Program-made: the position numbers and the translations under genes
Notes under the pieces: generated by a model
The model's input: the letters and a program-made list of their open reading frames with translations, nothing else
What the model was told of the DNA's origin: nothing
The model's database searches: none
Shown here: in pieces, positions 42,614-53,407 of the stretch
How the letters are laid out: the number at the start of each line of letters is the position of its first letter
Numbering within the stretch: the first letter of the stretch is position 1
NCBI GenBank assembly: GCA_964575445.1
Contig: CAZNRT010000002.1
Location: 6,328 to 61,267 of the forward strand
Length of the DNA: 54,940 bases
From: an uncultured Proteiniphilum sp.
GTDB taxonomy: Bacteria; Bacteroidota; Bacteroidia; Bacteroidales; Dysgonomonadaceae
Direction: 5' to 3'

Positions 42614-43876
42614 CTAAACATTAGCTCCCCACCCTGCTTTTACATATTTTGAAGATGTATATTGATTCTTATTCATATTTTTTCTTCTTTGCATGAGGAT
42701 ATGAGTTCCCGATCTAAGCAACAAGCTTATTGAAAACGGAATAGTTGCAAATGGAAGACTCTGTGGTAGCATCCACCATAACAACAGGAATAGCGTTAAG
42801 GCTACAAAGTTAATAAAATGATATATATATACCACATTTTTCATGGGATTTAGCCAAACAAATAGAGGTACTATCAATGCAAAGATGTTCATCCACACAA
42901 AATTCCAGTTCGAATCGGTAGCTGGGTGCTCAGAAAAGAATGTTAGAAAAAAAATAATTGCGCCCCCTACTCCAATAACACCAAAAAGAATGGAGTCATA
43001 AATTTTTAGAGCCAAAGTATAGCTTAAGTTTTTTGTTTGAAAAACTAAAATCAATAGTGTTATCAATATTAGTGCGAATGCTATGGGTATAGGAGATGCA
43101 ATATGCCATTCGCTAATATACTTATCCTCGCTGCTTTTCTCCACAATCACTTGTTCTATTTTCACAACAGGCTGAACCACAGAATCATTCTTAGCAACAG
43201 TAGTATATTCGAGCGCATTCATTAGATATACTGGCAGAAACATTTTCTGTCTAAGTGTTATTGGCTTATCGGCATCACTGCCAATTATCAAATCAATACC
43301 AAATTGTATCCATGGGTAGAATTTCACACACTCATGAATCAAATCTCTATAAGTCTGTACATTATTATCTTCAGGATAACTTAGCTTTCCTTCCACAAAT
43401 GTTTCAATTAAATCACGAGGTCGTGTTACGCAGTTATCATAAAAGTAATTATATCTGTATTTCCTATTTTCGGGCAATTGATTTATGTACAATGCCTCCC
43501 ACATTTTTTGTTTTTCATCTCGAGTCATATTCAACTCTTGTTCCACCACCTCTACGCCCTTTACTTTATAGTCTTCAATAAATTGCTCCAAGCTCTGAAC
43601 ACCCAAAACATAATCAGTCTTACCTCTAATAAAATTATACATGAAATGGGGTTTCGATTGATCAAAAAAGCCATAATTAAAAACACCCTCTACTCCCGTA
43701 GAGTCGTCCTCTACAAAGATAGCAGTATGTCCAAATAAAGCATACGAAGCCCCCGACCAAGGCGAAGTTGTCATTAAGCTAATCTTTGCATTGTCGCTCA
43801 ATTGCACTTGAGCACCAATTGTTGTAGCAAAAGATAACAAAAAAAGAGAGATTGATATAATTAGTGGTTTTAGCAT
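42614..43876 (-). CDS. lnb: DUF4105 membrane protein, Lnb-like lipoprotein N-acyltransferase
   Basis: FGHTAI, FNYGFF, YRYNYFYDNCVTR, MFLP, plus a C-terminal transmembrane bundle. The Lnb assignment is from family knowledge. Confidence 0.7.
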   Translation of the reverse strand: MLKPLIISISLFLLSFATTIGAQVQLSDNAKISLMTTSPWSGASYALFGHTAIFVEDDSTGVEGVFNYGFFDQSKPHFMYNFIRGKTDYVLGVQSLEQFIEDYKVKGVEVVEQELNMTRDEKQKMWEALYINQLPENRKYRYNYFYDNCVTRPRDLIETFVEGKLSYPEDNNVQTYRDLIHECVKFYPWIQFGIDLIIGSDADKPITLRQKMFLPVYLMNALEYTTVAKNDSVVQPVVKIEQVIVEKSSEDKYISEWHIASPIPIAFALILITLLILVFQTKNLSYTLALKIYDSILFGVIGVGGAIIFFLTFFSEHPATDSNWNFVWMNIFALIVPLFVWLNPMKNVVYIYHFINFVALTLFLLLWWMLPQSLPFATIPFSISLLLRSGTHILMQRRKNMNKNQYTSSKYVKAGWGANV

Positions 43877-43978
43877 TTTAGTCGTTTCTATTTATATTGT
43901 GATACAAATATATTAATTATTTTTCATTTGTTCTGTTTTCATCTTTCGCTCATCTTCCAATATCTTATCTAATTGTGA

Positions 43979-44875
43979 TCACGAAATAGAAACCTTTCTT
44001 GATGTTTTCTTTTTGATAACCATAGTTATTACGGTGGCTGCAACAAATGGAAATGTCAACTGAGTGAGACCTGAAACAAACATTCCAATAGCAATTACTA
44101 ATGAAAGAATCACAGATACAATAGACCATACTACACCTGTCGTATTTTTATTGGCAAATACTATAGCACATAACACAGCATTATAACTAAAAAGCCCATA
44201 AAACACCAAATCGGTTGGCATTGACAATGTCAGAGCTATAACACCTGACAAAATCGACCCCACAAGCGCATAAATTGATGCAATAGGTGAGTTTATCATG
44301 ATTCCAACAAAGAAGATAACGCCCACAATCAATTTTTCTTGAAATATTACCTGTCCGATTCCTCTAAAAGCAAATGTATATCCCTCTGTTATTGCCTCAT
44401 TATTGTTCAACAAGTGTGAAGGAGCTATCGGGTATAAGTTATTAATCAGATAGAGAATACCCCATGTCACCAACACAAATGGAAATGTAAATGCTGGTAT
44501 CTTTTTCACAATAAAATAATGCTGCAACATTGCTGCAAGCATTGAACCAATAATTATAATCACCCAAACCAACACTTGTGGCTCATAGAATAAAGTTAGT
44601 GCCACACCCACCAAGGCTGCACTAAAACCATACAACCCTGCATCAATCTCTTTTCTATCGTATTTAAGCAAAACAGCTATTAAGTTACCACTAACAACCG
44701 ACACAACTGTAGCAATTGCCATTGTGTATGATCCTATTGATATCCCAATCAAAAACAGCAAACCAGTTATAGAGTTTTCTTGCAACATGATTTGCCCTAT
44801 CCCCTTCAGCAGAACTGAAATATAGGGCATTCTTTCTGAAATGTATAAATTGATTCTACTTGATATTGTATGCAT
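43979..44875 (-). CDS. Urea transporter (UT family)
   Basis: Duplicated GIGQ motif, GLYGFS / GLFSYNA, and TFPFV twice; hydrophobic. Confidence 0.88.
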   Translation of the reverse strand: MHTISSRINLYISERMPYISVLLKGIGQIMLQENSITGLLFLIGISIGSYTMAIATVVSVVSGNLIAVLLKYDRKEIDAGLYGFSAALVGVALTLFYEPQVLVWVIIIIGSMLAAMLQHYFIVKKIPAFTFPFVLVTWGILYLINNLYPIAPSHLLNNNEAITEGYTFAFRGIGQVIFQEKLIVGVIFFVGIMINSPIASIYALVGSILSGVIALTLSMPTDLVFYGLFSYNAVLCAIVFANKNTTGVVWSIVSVILSLVIAIGMFVSGLTQLTFPFVAATVITMVIKKKTSRKVSIS

Positions 44876-44896
44876 TATTTGTAAAATTATTATTTA

Positions 44897-46354
44897 TCAA
44901 TATTTCTTTCTGGCCATGTCTATTCTTAGGAATATAAACAATAGTATTGTGAAAGCTAAAATTGAAGAACCACCATAACTAAAGAAAGGAAGTGGAATAC
45001 CTATAACAGGCATAATACCGATAACCATTCCAATATTAACCAACAAGTGAAATAGTATGATACTGACCACCCCATATCCATACACTCTACCGAAAGAATT
45101 AACCTGACGTTCGGCCATAAACGTCAGTCTTACAATGAATATTGCAAACAGAATAAGAGTGAGCACGGAGCCCACAAATCCCCATTCTTCACCTATTGTG
45201 CAAAAAATAAAATCTGTATCTTGTTCGGGTACGTATTTAAGCTTAGTTTGGGTGCCATTCAAATAGCCTTTGCCCATCATTCCTCCTGAGCCAATAGCTA
45301 TTTTTGACTGCCCCACGTGATATCCTGAGCCCTGCAAGTCTTGCTCCATACCGAGTGTAACCCTTATACGCATCTGTTGGTGTGGCTGCATCAAATCTTT
45401 AAATACATATTCACTTGATTCTACAAAAGCAAACGAACCGGCAACAAATAAAAGGATATACAAATATGTTCTCTTCCTATATCTAACAAGAAGATACAAC
45501 AGATATAGTGAAACAGCACTTAGCGCAATTATTGCCATCAAGCCAACATTTACATTGATATCTATTTTATGCATAATAAATCCAATACCAGATATCAATA
45601 GCATAATCGATATCATAATAATGGGAACATCACGTCGCTTTAAATAATTTCTGACAAGCAATGCGGCAAAAATAATAATCAATACGACTGTAGCAACTTC
45701 ACCAAGTGATAGCATTCCCAATTCAGTTTCCGAAAACTTTATGGTAAGTATAAAATAGATTATGAAAGATACGCCCATAAACAAGAACCCACCAGGCAAC
45801 CCCTCTCTATATAATACGAATATTAGACTCAAGTAAACCAATGCCGTTCCAGTCTCACTCTGCAAAATCACTAATAGAGTAGGCAACAAAATTACTGCTG
45901 CCACCATTATTAAGTTTCTGTACTCCATGAGTTTAAAGTTGTATATACTAAATATCTTTGCCAACATCAATACATTAACAAACTTCATAAACTCAGCTGG
46001 CTGCACTCTCACACTACCTATCACTAACCACGAACGTGACCCTTTGATATCTGGTGCTATGAAGCATGTCAACAACAATACTCCTATACCTATTATATAA
46101 AATAGAAAAGCATTATTTTCGAAAAACGAAATATCAATTTTGAGAATTGTAAATGCCACAATCAATGAAATACCTATCCAAACAAGCTGCATACCAGCAC
46201 GTCCAGACAGATCAAACATACTTACAGAAGTCTCAAGGTCAAAGCTTGCAGCATATATATTAAACCACCCTAAAACAACAAATAGCAGGTACATTATTAC
46301 AATGTACCAGTCCACATGTCCTTTATCCTTAGATGAATTATTAATTCTATACAT
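44897..46354 (-). CDS. rodA: Rod shape-determining SEDS protein RodA
   Basis: GSRSW, QPAEF, QSKIAIGSGG, PEQDTDFIF, LPFFSYGGSS; follows mrdA. Confidence 0.95.
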   Translation of the reverse strand: MYRINNSSKDKGHVDWYIVIMYLLFVVLGWFNIYAASFDLETSVSMFDLSGRAGMQLVWIGISLIVAFTILKIDISFFENNAFLFYIIGIGVLLLTCFIAPDIKGSRSWLVIGSVRVQPAEFMKFVNVLMLAKIFSIYNFKLMEYRNLIMVAAVILLPTLLVILQSETGTALVYLSLIFVLYREGLPGGFLFMGVSFIIYFILTIKFSETELGMLSLGEVATVVLIIIFAALLVRNYLKRRDVPIIMISIMLLISGIGFIMHKIDINVNVGLMAIIALSAVSLYLLYLLVRYRKRTYLYILLFVAGSFAFVESSEYVFKDLMQPHQQMRIRVTLGMEQDLQGSGYHVGQSKIAIGSGGMMGKGYLNGTQTKLKYVPEQDTDFIFCTIGEEWGFVGSVLTLILFAIFIVRLTFMAERQVNSFGRVYGYGVVSIILFHLLVNIGMVIGIMPVIGIPLPFFSYGGSSILAFTILLFIFLRIDMARKKY

Positions 46355-46375
46355 CTTTCTTTTAGGCTACTTTTT

Positions 46376-48274
46376 TTATTCAACGTTGCTCACGGTCAAG
46401 CTCTTCTCCATATTCTTTTTATATATGAAAGGTAAGATTACTCGCTCGGCAAGTGATTGCTCAAGATATTTGTCCTGCTCCATTATATCCCCCATCAAAT
46501 ATTTCTGCAACATCAATCTGGCTATTGGCACAGCATTCGTCGCACCAAAACCACCATTTTCCACTATCACGGCTATTGCCACTTTAGGATTATCTTTTGG
46601 TGCAAAGCCAATAAATAACGAGTGGTCGGCACCATGTGGGTTTTCAGCTGTTCCTGTTTTTCCACACACTGTCAAATGGGGTTCCATATTTACTCTCCTA
46701 CAAGTACCATTAGTTACTGCGTCCGCCATTCCAGCAACAGTAAGCTCATAATGAGCTCTATCAATTCCTGATTCTCTTCTCTTAGAATATAATGTGTCCA
46801 ATGGTGCACCTTTTCTTTCCTTCACCACATGAGGCTTATAGTAAAATCCCCGATTGGCAATAAGAGCCGAAAAGTTGGCAAGTTGAATTGGAGTTGCCAA
46901 TATTTCTCCTTGCCCAATAGCAATTGAAATAATATTATGGGCATTCCATTTTTCTGTCTTAAAGGAGTTCGAGTAATATTTACTATTTGGTATAAACCCT
47001 CTTTTTTCTGAAGGCAAATCCACATCCAATTTATATCCAAAGCCCATATTTACCATATGATCTTTCCACACTTCAAATGCGTCTATGTTGCTTGCATATT
47101 TTGTCCGATTACTTATCATAGCATTCAATCCATAACAAAAAAACGCATTACATGATGTGGCTAATGATGGTTGAAGATTCAAAGGCGATGGATGCCCATG
47201 GCATCTTGGTCTCCCCCCCAATGGTGGATATCCACCATAACAACTATATCTTGTGTCTGGACTAATGATCCCTTCTTGCAGAAAAATCAAACCCTGCGAT
47301 GGTTTGAATGTTGAACCTGGCGGATACAATCCTGATGTTGCTCTGTTAATCAACGGTTTGTAAGGATCTCTCTCAAGTAGTAGATAGTTTTTGCTAAAGT
47401 TCTTGCCAGTTAGCAAAGATGGGTCGTAAGATGGTGCTGCCACCATACATAGTATTTCTCCCGTTTCGGGCTCAATCATAATTATTGACCCAATTTTATT
47501 CTGCATGAGATATTCGCCATATGCCTGCAAGTCTATATCAACAGAAAGAGTAAGATCACGACCCGAAATGGGTTGCTTATCATGTTCCCCATCTTTATAT
47601 TTGCCCTGCACTCGCCCATGTGCATCTCGCAACAATACTTCTACTCCTTTTTCTCCTCTCAGGTCTTCTTCATGCGAAAGCTCAATTCCCGATTTTCCAA
47701 CATAATCGCCTCTCACATAATATGGGTCGGCTGCCATCTTGTTTTTATCGACCTCTGCCACATATCCCAAAATCAATCCCATATTGGGATATTTATATTG
47801 TCGCTCAGTTCTGTTTTGAATATATATGCCTGGAAACTTGTAAAGCTTTTCTTGCAACAAGCCATACTCCTCAATATCGAGTTGGGTTTTAAATATTTGA
47901 GGTGTATATGACGAGTATCCAGGATTTCTTCTCCTATCTTTCATATCAGCATCAAGCTGCAAAAAGGTTGGAATATCAATGTTAAGGGTGTTACAAAAAT
48001 CAAGTGTATCAAAATCGCCCATTTCTCTCACCACCATCATTACATCATAGGTGGGCTTGTTATATACGATCAACTTCCCAAGCCTATCATATATTGATCC
48101 TCGAGCTGGATAAAGAGTTTTGCTATAAAAGGCGTTACTATCAGCATATTTTCTATACTCTGGGCTCAGTATTTGCAATTTAAACAATTGGATAGAATAA
48201 ACCACAATAATCATTGCCACAATGGCAATAATTACATATTTTCTATTTCCATATTTATTTTTCTCGTTAGCCAA
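46376..48274 (-). CDS. mrdA: Penicillin-binding protein 2
   Basis: PARGSIYDR, SxxK (STFK), SCN, KTGT. Confidence 0.95.
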   Translation of the reverse strand: MANEKNKYGNRKYVIIAIVAMIIVVYSIQLFKLQILSPEYRKYADSNAFYSKTLYPARGSIYDRLGKLIVYNKPTYDVMMVVREMGDFDTLDFCNTLNIDIPTFLQLDADMKDRRRNPGYSSYTPQIFKTQLDIEEYGLLQEKLYKFPGIYIQNRTERQYKYPNMGLILGYVAEVDKNKMAADPYYVRGDYVGKSGIELSHEEDLRGEKGVEVLLRDAHGRVQGKYKDGEHDKQPISGRDLTLSVDIDLQAYGEYLMQNKIGSIIMIEPETGEILCMVAAPSYDPSLLTGKNFSKNYLLLERDPYKPLINRATSGLYPPGSTFKPSQGLIFLQEGIISPDTRYSCYGGYPPLGGRPRCHGHPSPLNLQPSLATSCNAFFCYGLNAMISNRTKYASNIDAFEVWKDHMVNMGFGYKLDVDLPSEKRGFIPNSKYYSNSFKTEKWNAHNIISIAIGQGEILATPIQLANFSALIANRGFYYKPHVVKERKGAPLDTLYSKRRESGIDRAHYELTVAGMADAVTNGTCRRVNMEPHLTVCGKTGTAENPHGADHSLFIGFAPKDNPKVAIAVIVENGGFGATNAVPIARLMLQKYLMGDIMEQDKYLEQSLAERVILPFIYKKNMEKSLTVSNVE

Positions 48275-48785
48275 TTATACGTCCCTTTCTATAAAAAAGT
48301 GAGTCTATAGATAGTAAAAGAATTGTAGTTAACAAAACGGAGGAACCGATTCTAATAACTGTTTTAGTTATATCAAATAATGTTAGAGCATCGATTAGGA
48401 AAAGCAATGTGTGATGAAGCAGCACCATTGTCAAAGTATATTTTATGAAAGCCCCAGCATTGCCTCTTATGCTTGGTACAATAATATCCAATTCATTCTT
48501 GGGATAAAATAGAGGTGCAATTATCACTCTCAGAGTAGCAACAATAGTAATTGCTGCTGCATTAACACCTGGCGTATTGAGAAAGATATCAATAATTAAT
48601 CCCATCAAGAATGATAATAATATCACATAAAATCTATTCCTGCCAAAGGGTAGTTTAATTACAAAATAAACATAGATAAGTGGAGAAGCAACACCAAACA
48701 ATGTTACATGATTGAAAACAAGAACCTGCAACAGCACCAATAAGACAAACAAAAAAATCTCTCTAAAAACATCTACTACTCTCAT
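48267..48785 (-). CDS. mreD: Rod shape-determining protein MreD
   Basis: Hydrophobic 172 aa protein with GLIIDIF; lies between mreC and mrdA. Confidence 0.88.
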   Translation of the reverse strand: MRVVDVFREIFLFVLLVLLQVLVFNHVTLFGVASPLIYVYFVIKLPFGRNRFYVILLSFLMGLIIDIFLNTPGVNAAAITIVATLRVIIAPLFYPKNELDIIVPSIRGNAGAFIKYTLTMVLLHHTLLFLIDALTLFDITKTVIRIGSSVLLTTILLLSIDSLFYRKGRIIG

Positions 48786-48786
48786 A

Positions 48787-49632
48787 TCAATTAATAGATT
48801 TTTCTAAATTGTTTTTCTCTTCAAAGTTCTTATCCTCAATGATCAATACACCCATCAAAGAATGAAAATCAGTAGCAAGATTTATATTCAGATTATTGAA
48901 GTTATCATCCTTCGATTGTGCCTTGTCTTTTATATATCCAATCACAATATCTTTTGGGAATATTCGAGAGAAGCTTGTCACAACAGTATCGCCCAATTCA
49001 AACACCTCATGTTTGGGGAGTTCGCCAATTTGTGCAATGCTCAGATCCTTTCCGTCCCAAGAAATTGAGCCCGAATTTTCTGAGTTCTTTAGCTTTGCAC
49101 TCAACCTGAATTTTGGATTAATAATAGGAATAATTACCGAATAGTTTTTTGATACAGTAAGCACCACCCCCACCACTCCGTTATTAGATACCACTCCCAT
49201 ATCAGACTTTACACCGTGTGCAGATCCTTTGTTGACAGTAATAAAATTATTATTTCCCGAGAAGCTCACATTCGTTACTTCAGCAGGAATAAAATTGAAC
49301 TGAGAACTCATATCAACTGAGTCTTTCAAAAAGGCATTAGTACTTAGAGTATCTAATTTTATATCATCAATATACGCTTTTAGAGAAGTCAATTCCCTCT
49401 CCAAATAGGCGTTATGTTCCAAAAGCTGTTTATTGTTTTGTTTGAGATGCATGAATGAGTTCACCTCGCTCGAAACATCAAACACCAAGCCCGCAGCATG
49501 ATTTGCAGAGCTCAAATATATGCTTCTTTGAAATGAGTTGTGGGTAAATACAAGATAGAAGCTGATAACAATTAATAAAATTGCTACCAGCCATGAACTA
49601 TTTCTTATAATGAATTGGAAAAGATTCCTCAT
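48787..49632 (-). CDS. mreC: Rod shape-determining protein MreC
   Basis: N-terminal transmembrane segment, coiled coil, ITVNKGS..GV..DMGV, GDTVVTS. Confidence 0.93.
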   Translation of the reverse strand: MRNLFQFIIRNSSWLVAILLIVISFYLVFTHNSFQRSIYLSSANHAAGLVFDVSSEVNSFMHLKQNNKQLLEHNAYLERELTSLKAYIDDIKLDTLSTNAFLKDSVDMSSQFNFIPAEVTNVSFSGNNNFITVNKGSAHGVKSDMGVVSNNGVVGVVLTVSKNYSVIIPIINPKFRLSAKLKNSENSGSISWDGKDLSIAQIGELPKHEVFELGDTVVTSFSRIFPKDIVIGYIKDKAQSKDDNFNNLNINLATDFHSLMGVLIIEDKNFEEKNNLEKSIN

Positions 49633-49690
49633 ACCAATAATTACCCATAAGCTTGAATTATCTCATAAAACATGAGACAAAACGACTTAC

Positions 49691-50716
49691 TTATCTCATC
49701 AAGAAAGTAAACTTATCAATATTTTTTAGAGCAATACCAGTTCCTTTAGCTACCACATGCAATGGATCGTCCACTACTTTAAATGGAATACCAATCTTAT
49801 CGGTTAGACGCTTTGCCAATCCTCTCAAGTGAGCACCACCACCTGTCAAATAAATACCATTGCGCACAATATCTGCATATAGCTCTGGTGGCGTCTGCTC
49901 CAAAGCACTCAACACGGCCGAGTCAATCTTTGATATTGACTTCTCAAGGCAATGTGCAATCTCTTGATACGATATTGGCACATCCATCGGAAGCGAAGTC
50001 ATACGGTTAGGACCATGAACAACGAAATCTTCAGGCGGATTATCAAGTTCTGTTAGCACCGAACCAACATTTATCTTGATTTGTTCCGCAGTTCTTTCTC
50101 CCACTTTCATACTATGTTGGCGACTCATATAGTCCATAATATCCTCAGTAAGATCATCACCTGCAATCTTTATCGATTTGTTGGAAACAATACCACCAAG
50201 CGAAATCACAGCAATCTCTGTAGTTCCACCACCTATATCCACTATCATATTTCCTTCAGGTATCTCCACATCTAAGCCAATGCCCAGCGCAGCAGCCATA
50301 GGCTCAAACAGCATATACACATCACGTCCACCAGCATGCTCAGCAGAGTCACGAACCGCTCTTATTTCTACTTCCGTGCTGCCCGATGGGATACATATTA
50401 CTACACGAAGAGATGGAGAAAACAACCCACCTCTATTTTTGGTTGCCATTTTAATCATACCCCTAATCATCTGCTCTGCAGCATTAAAATCTGCTATCAC
50501 GCCATCTCTCAAGGGTCTTACGGTAATAATATTTTCGTGCGTCTTTCCGTGCATCTGTCTTGCCTTCTCTCCAAGAGCAAGCATCTTGTCGGTCTTTCTA
50601 TCTAAAGCCACAATAGATGGTTCATCCAAAAGGATTTTACCATTATTGCCCACTATTATTGAATTGGCGGTACCAAGGTCCATAGCCAATTCTTGCGTAA
50701 ATGAAAATAACCTCAT
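49691..50716 (-). CDS. mreB: Actin-like MreB
   Basis: DLGTAN, PLRDGVIADF, EPMAAA, DIGGGTTE, LTGGGA. Start moved to MRLFSF. Confidence 0.97.
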   Translation of the reverse strand: MRLFSFTQELAMDLGTANSIIVGNNGKILLDEPSIVALDRKTDKMLALGEKARQMHGKTHENIITVRPLRDGVIADFNAAEQMIRGMIKMATKNRGGLFSPSLRVVICIPSGSTEVEIRAVRDSAEHAGGRDVYMLFEPMAAALGIGLDVEIPEGNMIVDIGGGTTEIAVISLGGIVSNKSIKIAGDDLTEDIMDYMSRQHSMKVGERTAEQIKINVGSVLTELDNPPEDFVVHGPNRMTSLPMDVPISYQEIAHCLEKSISKIDSAVLSALEQTPPELYADIVRNGIYLTGGGAHLRGLAKRLTDKIGIPFKVVDDPLHVVAKGTGIALKNIDKFTFLMR

Positions 50717-50750
50717 ATTCTTATCTTTATGCTTGTAACTATTCTTATTA

Positions 50751-52274
50751 TTAGTGCTTAAAGTGTCTAACACCTGTAGTCACCATCGACATATTATTGT
50801 TGTTACAATAATCAATAGACTCCTGATCTTTTATGGAGCCCCCAGGTTGTATTACCGCAGTAATTCCTGCTTTCCCAGCAATCTCAACTGAGTCGGGAAA
50901 TGGGAAAAATGCATCTGATGCCATTACAGCACCATTCAAGTCAAAGTTGAAAGTATTAGCTTTTTCAATAGCTTGTTTCAATGCATCCACTCTCGATGTC
51001 TGCCCCGTTCCACTTGCTATCAACTGTTTGTTTTTAGCCAACACAATAGCGTTAGACTTTGTGTGTTTCACCAAAATATTTGCGAACAACAAGTCATCTA
51101 TCTCGCTTTCCGATGCTGATTTAGAAGTCACTTGTTTTATATCCTCTTTGGTTTCCACGTTTTTATCCTTATCTTGCACCAACACGCCGTTAAGCAACGA
51201 ACGGTATTGAGTGCTATTTAGTGCCTTCACATCAGCTTTTTGTTTCAAGATAATTCTATTTTTCTTTTCGAATAGGATACTAAGAGCCTCTTTTGTGTAT
51301 TCTGGAGCAATCAATACCTCAAAGAATATCTCACTAATAGCCTTTGCGGCACCCTCATCCACCTTTCTGTTAGTAACTACTATCCCTCCGAAAGCCGAAA
51401 TTGGGTCAGCTGCCAATGCAGCATCCCAAGCCTCTTTCACAGTTGGTCGGCAAGCCATGCCGCAAGCATTATTGTGCTTCAATATTGCCAAAGCTGTTTC
51501 ATCAAAATCACTGATTAGCGAAACTGCCGCATCAATATCCAATAAGTTGTTGTAAGAGATCTCCTTTCCATGAAGTTGTTCAAACATTTCATTGAAGTCT
51601 CCATAAAAGTTACCTTGTTGATGTGGATTTTCTCCATATCTCAATTCTTTTTTGTCATCAGCCACAACTCTCAATGACGAGCTGTTGTCGCCATCAAAAT
51701 AATTAAATATTGCAGAATCATAAGCTGAAGAAACAGCAAAAGCATCTTTCGCAAAATCTCGCCTATCTTCAATATCGCTTACTCCATTTTTATCTATAAG
51801 CAATTGTGCAAGCTTAGCATACTGTTTCTTAGATGGCACAATCACCACATCATTAAAATTCTTTGCTGCTCCTCTAATTAGGGATATGCCGCCAATATCT
51901 ATTTTCTCAATAATATCAGCTTCATCAGCGTTAGACGCCACAGTGTCCTCAAAAGGATATAGATCTACTATTACTAAATCAATTGATGGAATATTATATG
52001 ATTTTATAGTCTTTTTATCAGAGTCATCCTCGCGACGATACAAAATTCCACCAAATATTTTTGGGTGTAAAGTTTTTACTCTTCCACCCAATATAGATGG
52101 ATAGTTTGTAATCTCCTCTACCGACTCACAGTCATAACCTAATGACTGAATAAAGTCACGTGTACCACCAGTTGAAATTAATTTTACGTTTAAATCGTTT
52201 AGTGATTTCAATATATCATCCAATCCATCCTTATGATATACTGAAATCAGTGCTGATTTGATTTTCTTTGACAT
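50751..52274 (-). CDS. purH: Bifunctional AICAR transformylase / IMP cyclohydrolase
   Basis: STGGT, GGRVKTLHP, DIGG, LRYGENPHQ, SDAFFPF, RHFKH. Confidence 0.97.
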   Translation of the reverse strand: MSKKIKSALISVYHKDGLDDILKSLNDLNVKLISTGGTRDFIQSLGYDCESVEEITNYPSILGGRVKTLHPKIFGGILYRREDDSDKKTIKSYNIPSIDLVIVDLYPFEDTVASNADEADIIEKIDIGGISLIRGAAKNFNDVVIVPSKKQYAKLAQLLIDKNGVSDIEDRRDFAKDAFAVSSAYDSAIFNYFDGDNSSSLRVVADDKKELRYGENPHQQGNFYGDFNEMFEQLHGKEISYNNLLDIDAAVSLISDFDETALAILKHNNACGMACRPTVKEAWDAALAADPISAFGGIVVTNRKVDEGAAKAISEIFFEVLIAPEYTKEALSILFEKKNRIILKQKADVKALNSTQYRSLLNGVLVQDKDKNVETKEDIKQVTSKSASESEIDDLLFANILVKHTKSNAIVLAKNKQLIASGTGQTSRVDALKQAIEKANTFNFDLNGAVMASDAFFPFPDSVEIAGKAGITAVIQPGGSIKDQESIDYCNNNNMSMVTTGVRHFKH

Positions 52275-52302
52275 GTATGAATTTGTTTATTTTAAAGGGT
52301 TA

Positions 52303-52310
52303 CAAAGGTA
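52303..52310 (-). promoter_or_regulatory. -7 promoter element for the purH-mre operon
   Basis: CAAAGGTA reads TACCTTTG on the minus strand. Confidence 0.6.
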
Positions 52311-52420
52311 TAAAATCTATCTATGATTATCATGATATTATGATGGTTTTTTAATCTCATGCTTTTGATTTCAGATTTGTTTAGAAGTAGATACCAAATT
52401 TGCAATTTAAAAACTATAAA

Positions 52421-52849
52421 TCATAAATCTAACCTATAGAAATTGGTATCTCTCACCACAAACCCCATGTTTCTATACATATTGTTTGCTGCCACCCGAG
52501 CAGGATTAGACGTAAGTTCAATCTTATAAGCATTATTATTGCGGGCAGTGTCTATAGCTTTATTCATTAGCATTGTGGCAATTCCTTTGCCTCGTGCACT
52601 CTCATCCACCATCACATCTTCAATGATTCCCTTCAGTCCTGTTGGTATTCTATACAGCACTATCGTGAGCGAACCCACAATTTTGCGATCATCATCTTTA
52701 GCTACAAACAAGTAAGTGGTTTCGGCACTTACTATATTATTCAAATCATCACTCGAGGGATAATCTGTATTGTTAGTAAGCTGTGGCACAAGCTTCTTGA
52801 ATGCCTCTACCACATCATTGTCTATCTCAGTTATTCGTTCTATCTTCAT
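52421..52849 (-). CDS. GNAT family N-acetyltransferase
   Basis: IEDVMVDESARGKGIA, LTSNPAR.AAN..Y...GF. Confidence 0.9.
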   Translation of the reverse strand: MKIERITEIDNDVVEAFKKLVPQLTNNTDYPSSDDLNNIVSAETTYLFVAKDDDRKIVGSLTIVLYRIPTGLKGIIEDVMVDESARGKGIATMLMNKAIDTARNNNAYKIELTSNPARVAANNMYRNMGFVVRDTNFYRLDL

Positions 52850-52936
52850 GTTTATAATTTAATACTCTTTTTATAACTACTTCTCACTTTGCAAGATCTT
52901 AATCCTCCAATATTCAATCAAATACAAAAACGTCGA

Positions 52937-52976
52937 AAGCGGCGACTCTCTATTAGTAAGAGAGAATCACCGCTTC
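52937..52976 (-). terminator. Hairpin after rpmE2
   Basis: AAGCGGCGACTCTCT ... AGAGAATCACCGCTT imperfect stem. Confidence 0.6.
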
Positions 52977-53001
52977 CAAGCTAAAATCTATTATGAAAGA
53001 C

Positions 53002-53256
53002 TTATTTTTTGTTGCGATTACCGTAGCGGCTCATGAACTTATCAACGCGACCTGCGGTATCTACCAATTTTTGTTTACCAGTATAGAATGGGTGCGATGC
53101 ACTTGTGATCTCTAACTTTACTAATGGGTAAGTAACACCATCAATTTCAATTGTTTCTCTTGAATTTACTGTAGAGCGTGAAATAAAAATTTCATCGTTT
53201 GAGATATCCTTAAACACAACTGGGCGATAATTGCTTGGATGTATTTCTTTTTTCAT
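53002..53256 (-). CDS. rpmE2: 50S ribosomal protein L31 type B
   Basis: [16 protein letters not shown]...[21 protein letters not shown]; no zinc-binding cysteines. Confidence 0.96.
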   Translation of the reverse strand: MKKEIHPSNYRPVVFKDISNDEIFISRSTVNSRETIEIDGVTYPLVKLEITSASHPFYTGKQKLVDTAGRVDKFMSRYGNRNKK

Positions 53257-53407
53257 TGCTGTATATTTGTTATATTTTTTAGTTTCGTTATAATTTTCGG
53301 AATGCAAAGATAGGACAATTCATTTAATTACAAAAATTATTATCACTATTTTCCATCAAATCAGCATCAAAAGCTTAATTTTGCAGTCGATACTTTATGT
53401 TTGCATT

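Noticed and set aside
30209-51555. Long antisense ORFs (e.g. 30209-30763, 34867-35445, 46140-46751, 50178-50738)
   Set aside because: They lie opposite well-conserved housekeeping genes and show no motifs; shadow ORFs.
6763-53407. Upstream-extended starts in the ORF track for ettA, nfeD, the HTH gene, the methyltransferase, secA, the phosphatase-like gene, mreB, rpmE2 and cinA
   Set aside because: The extensions overlap promoters, terminators or neighbouring genes; downstream ATGs fit the family N-termini better.
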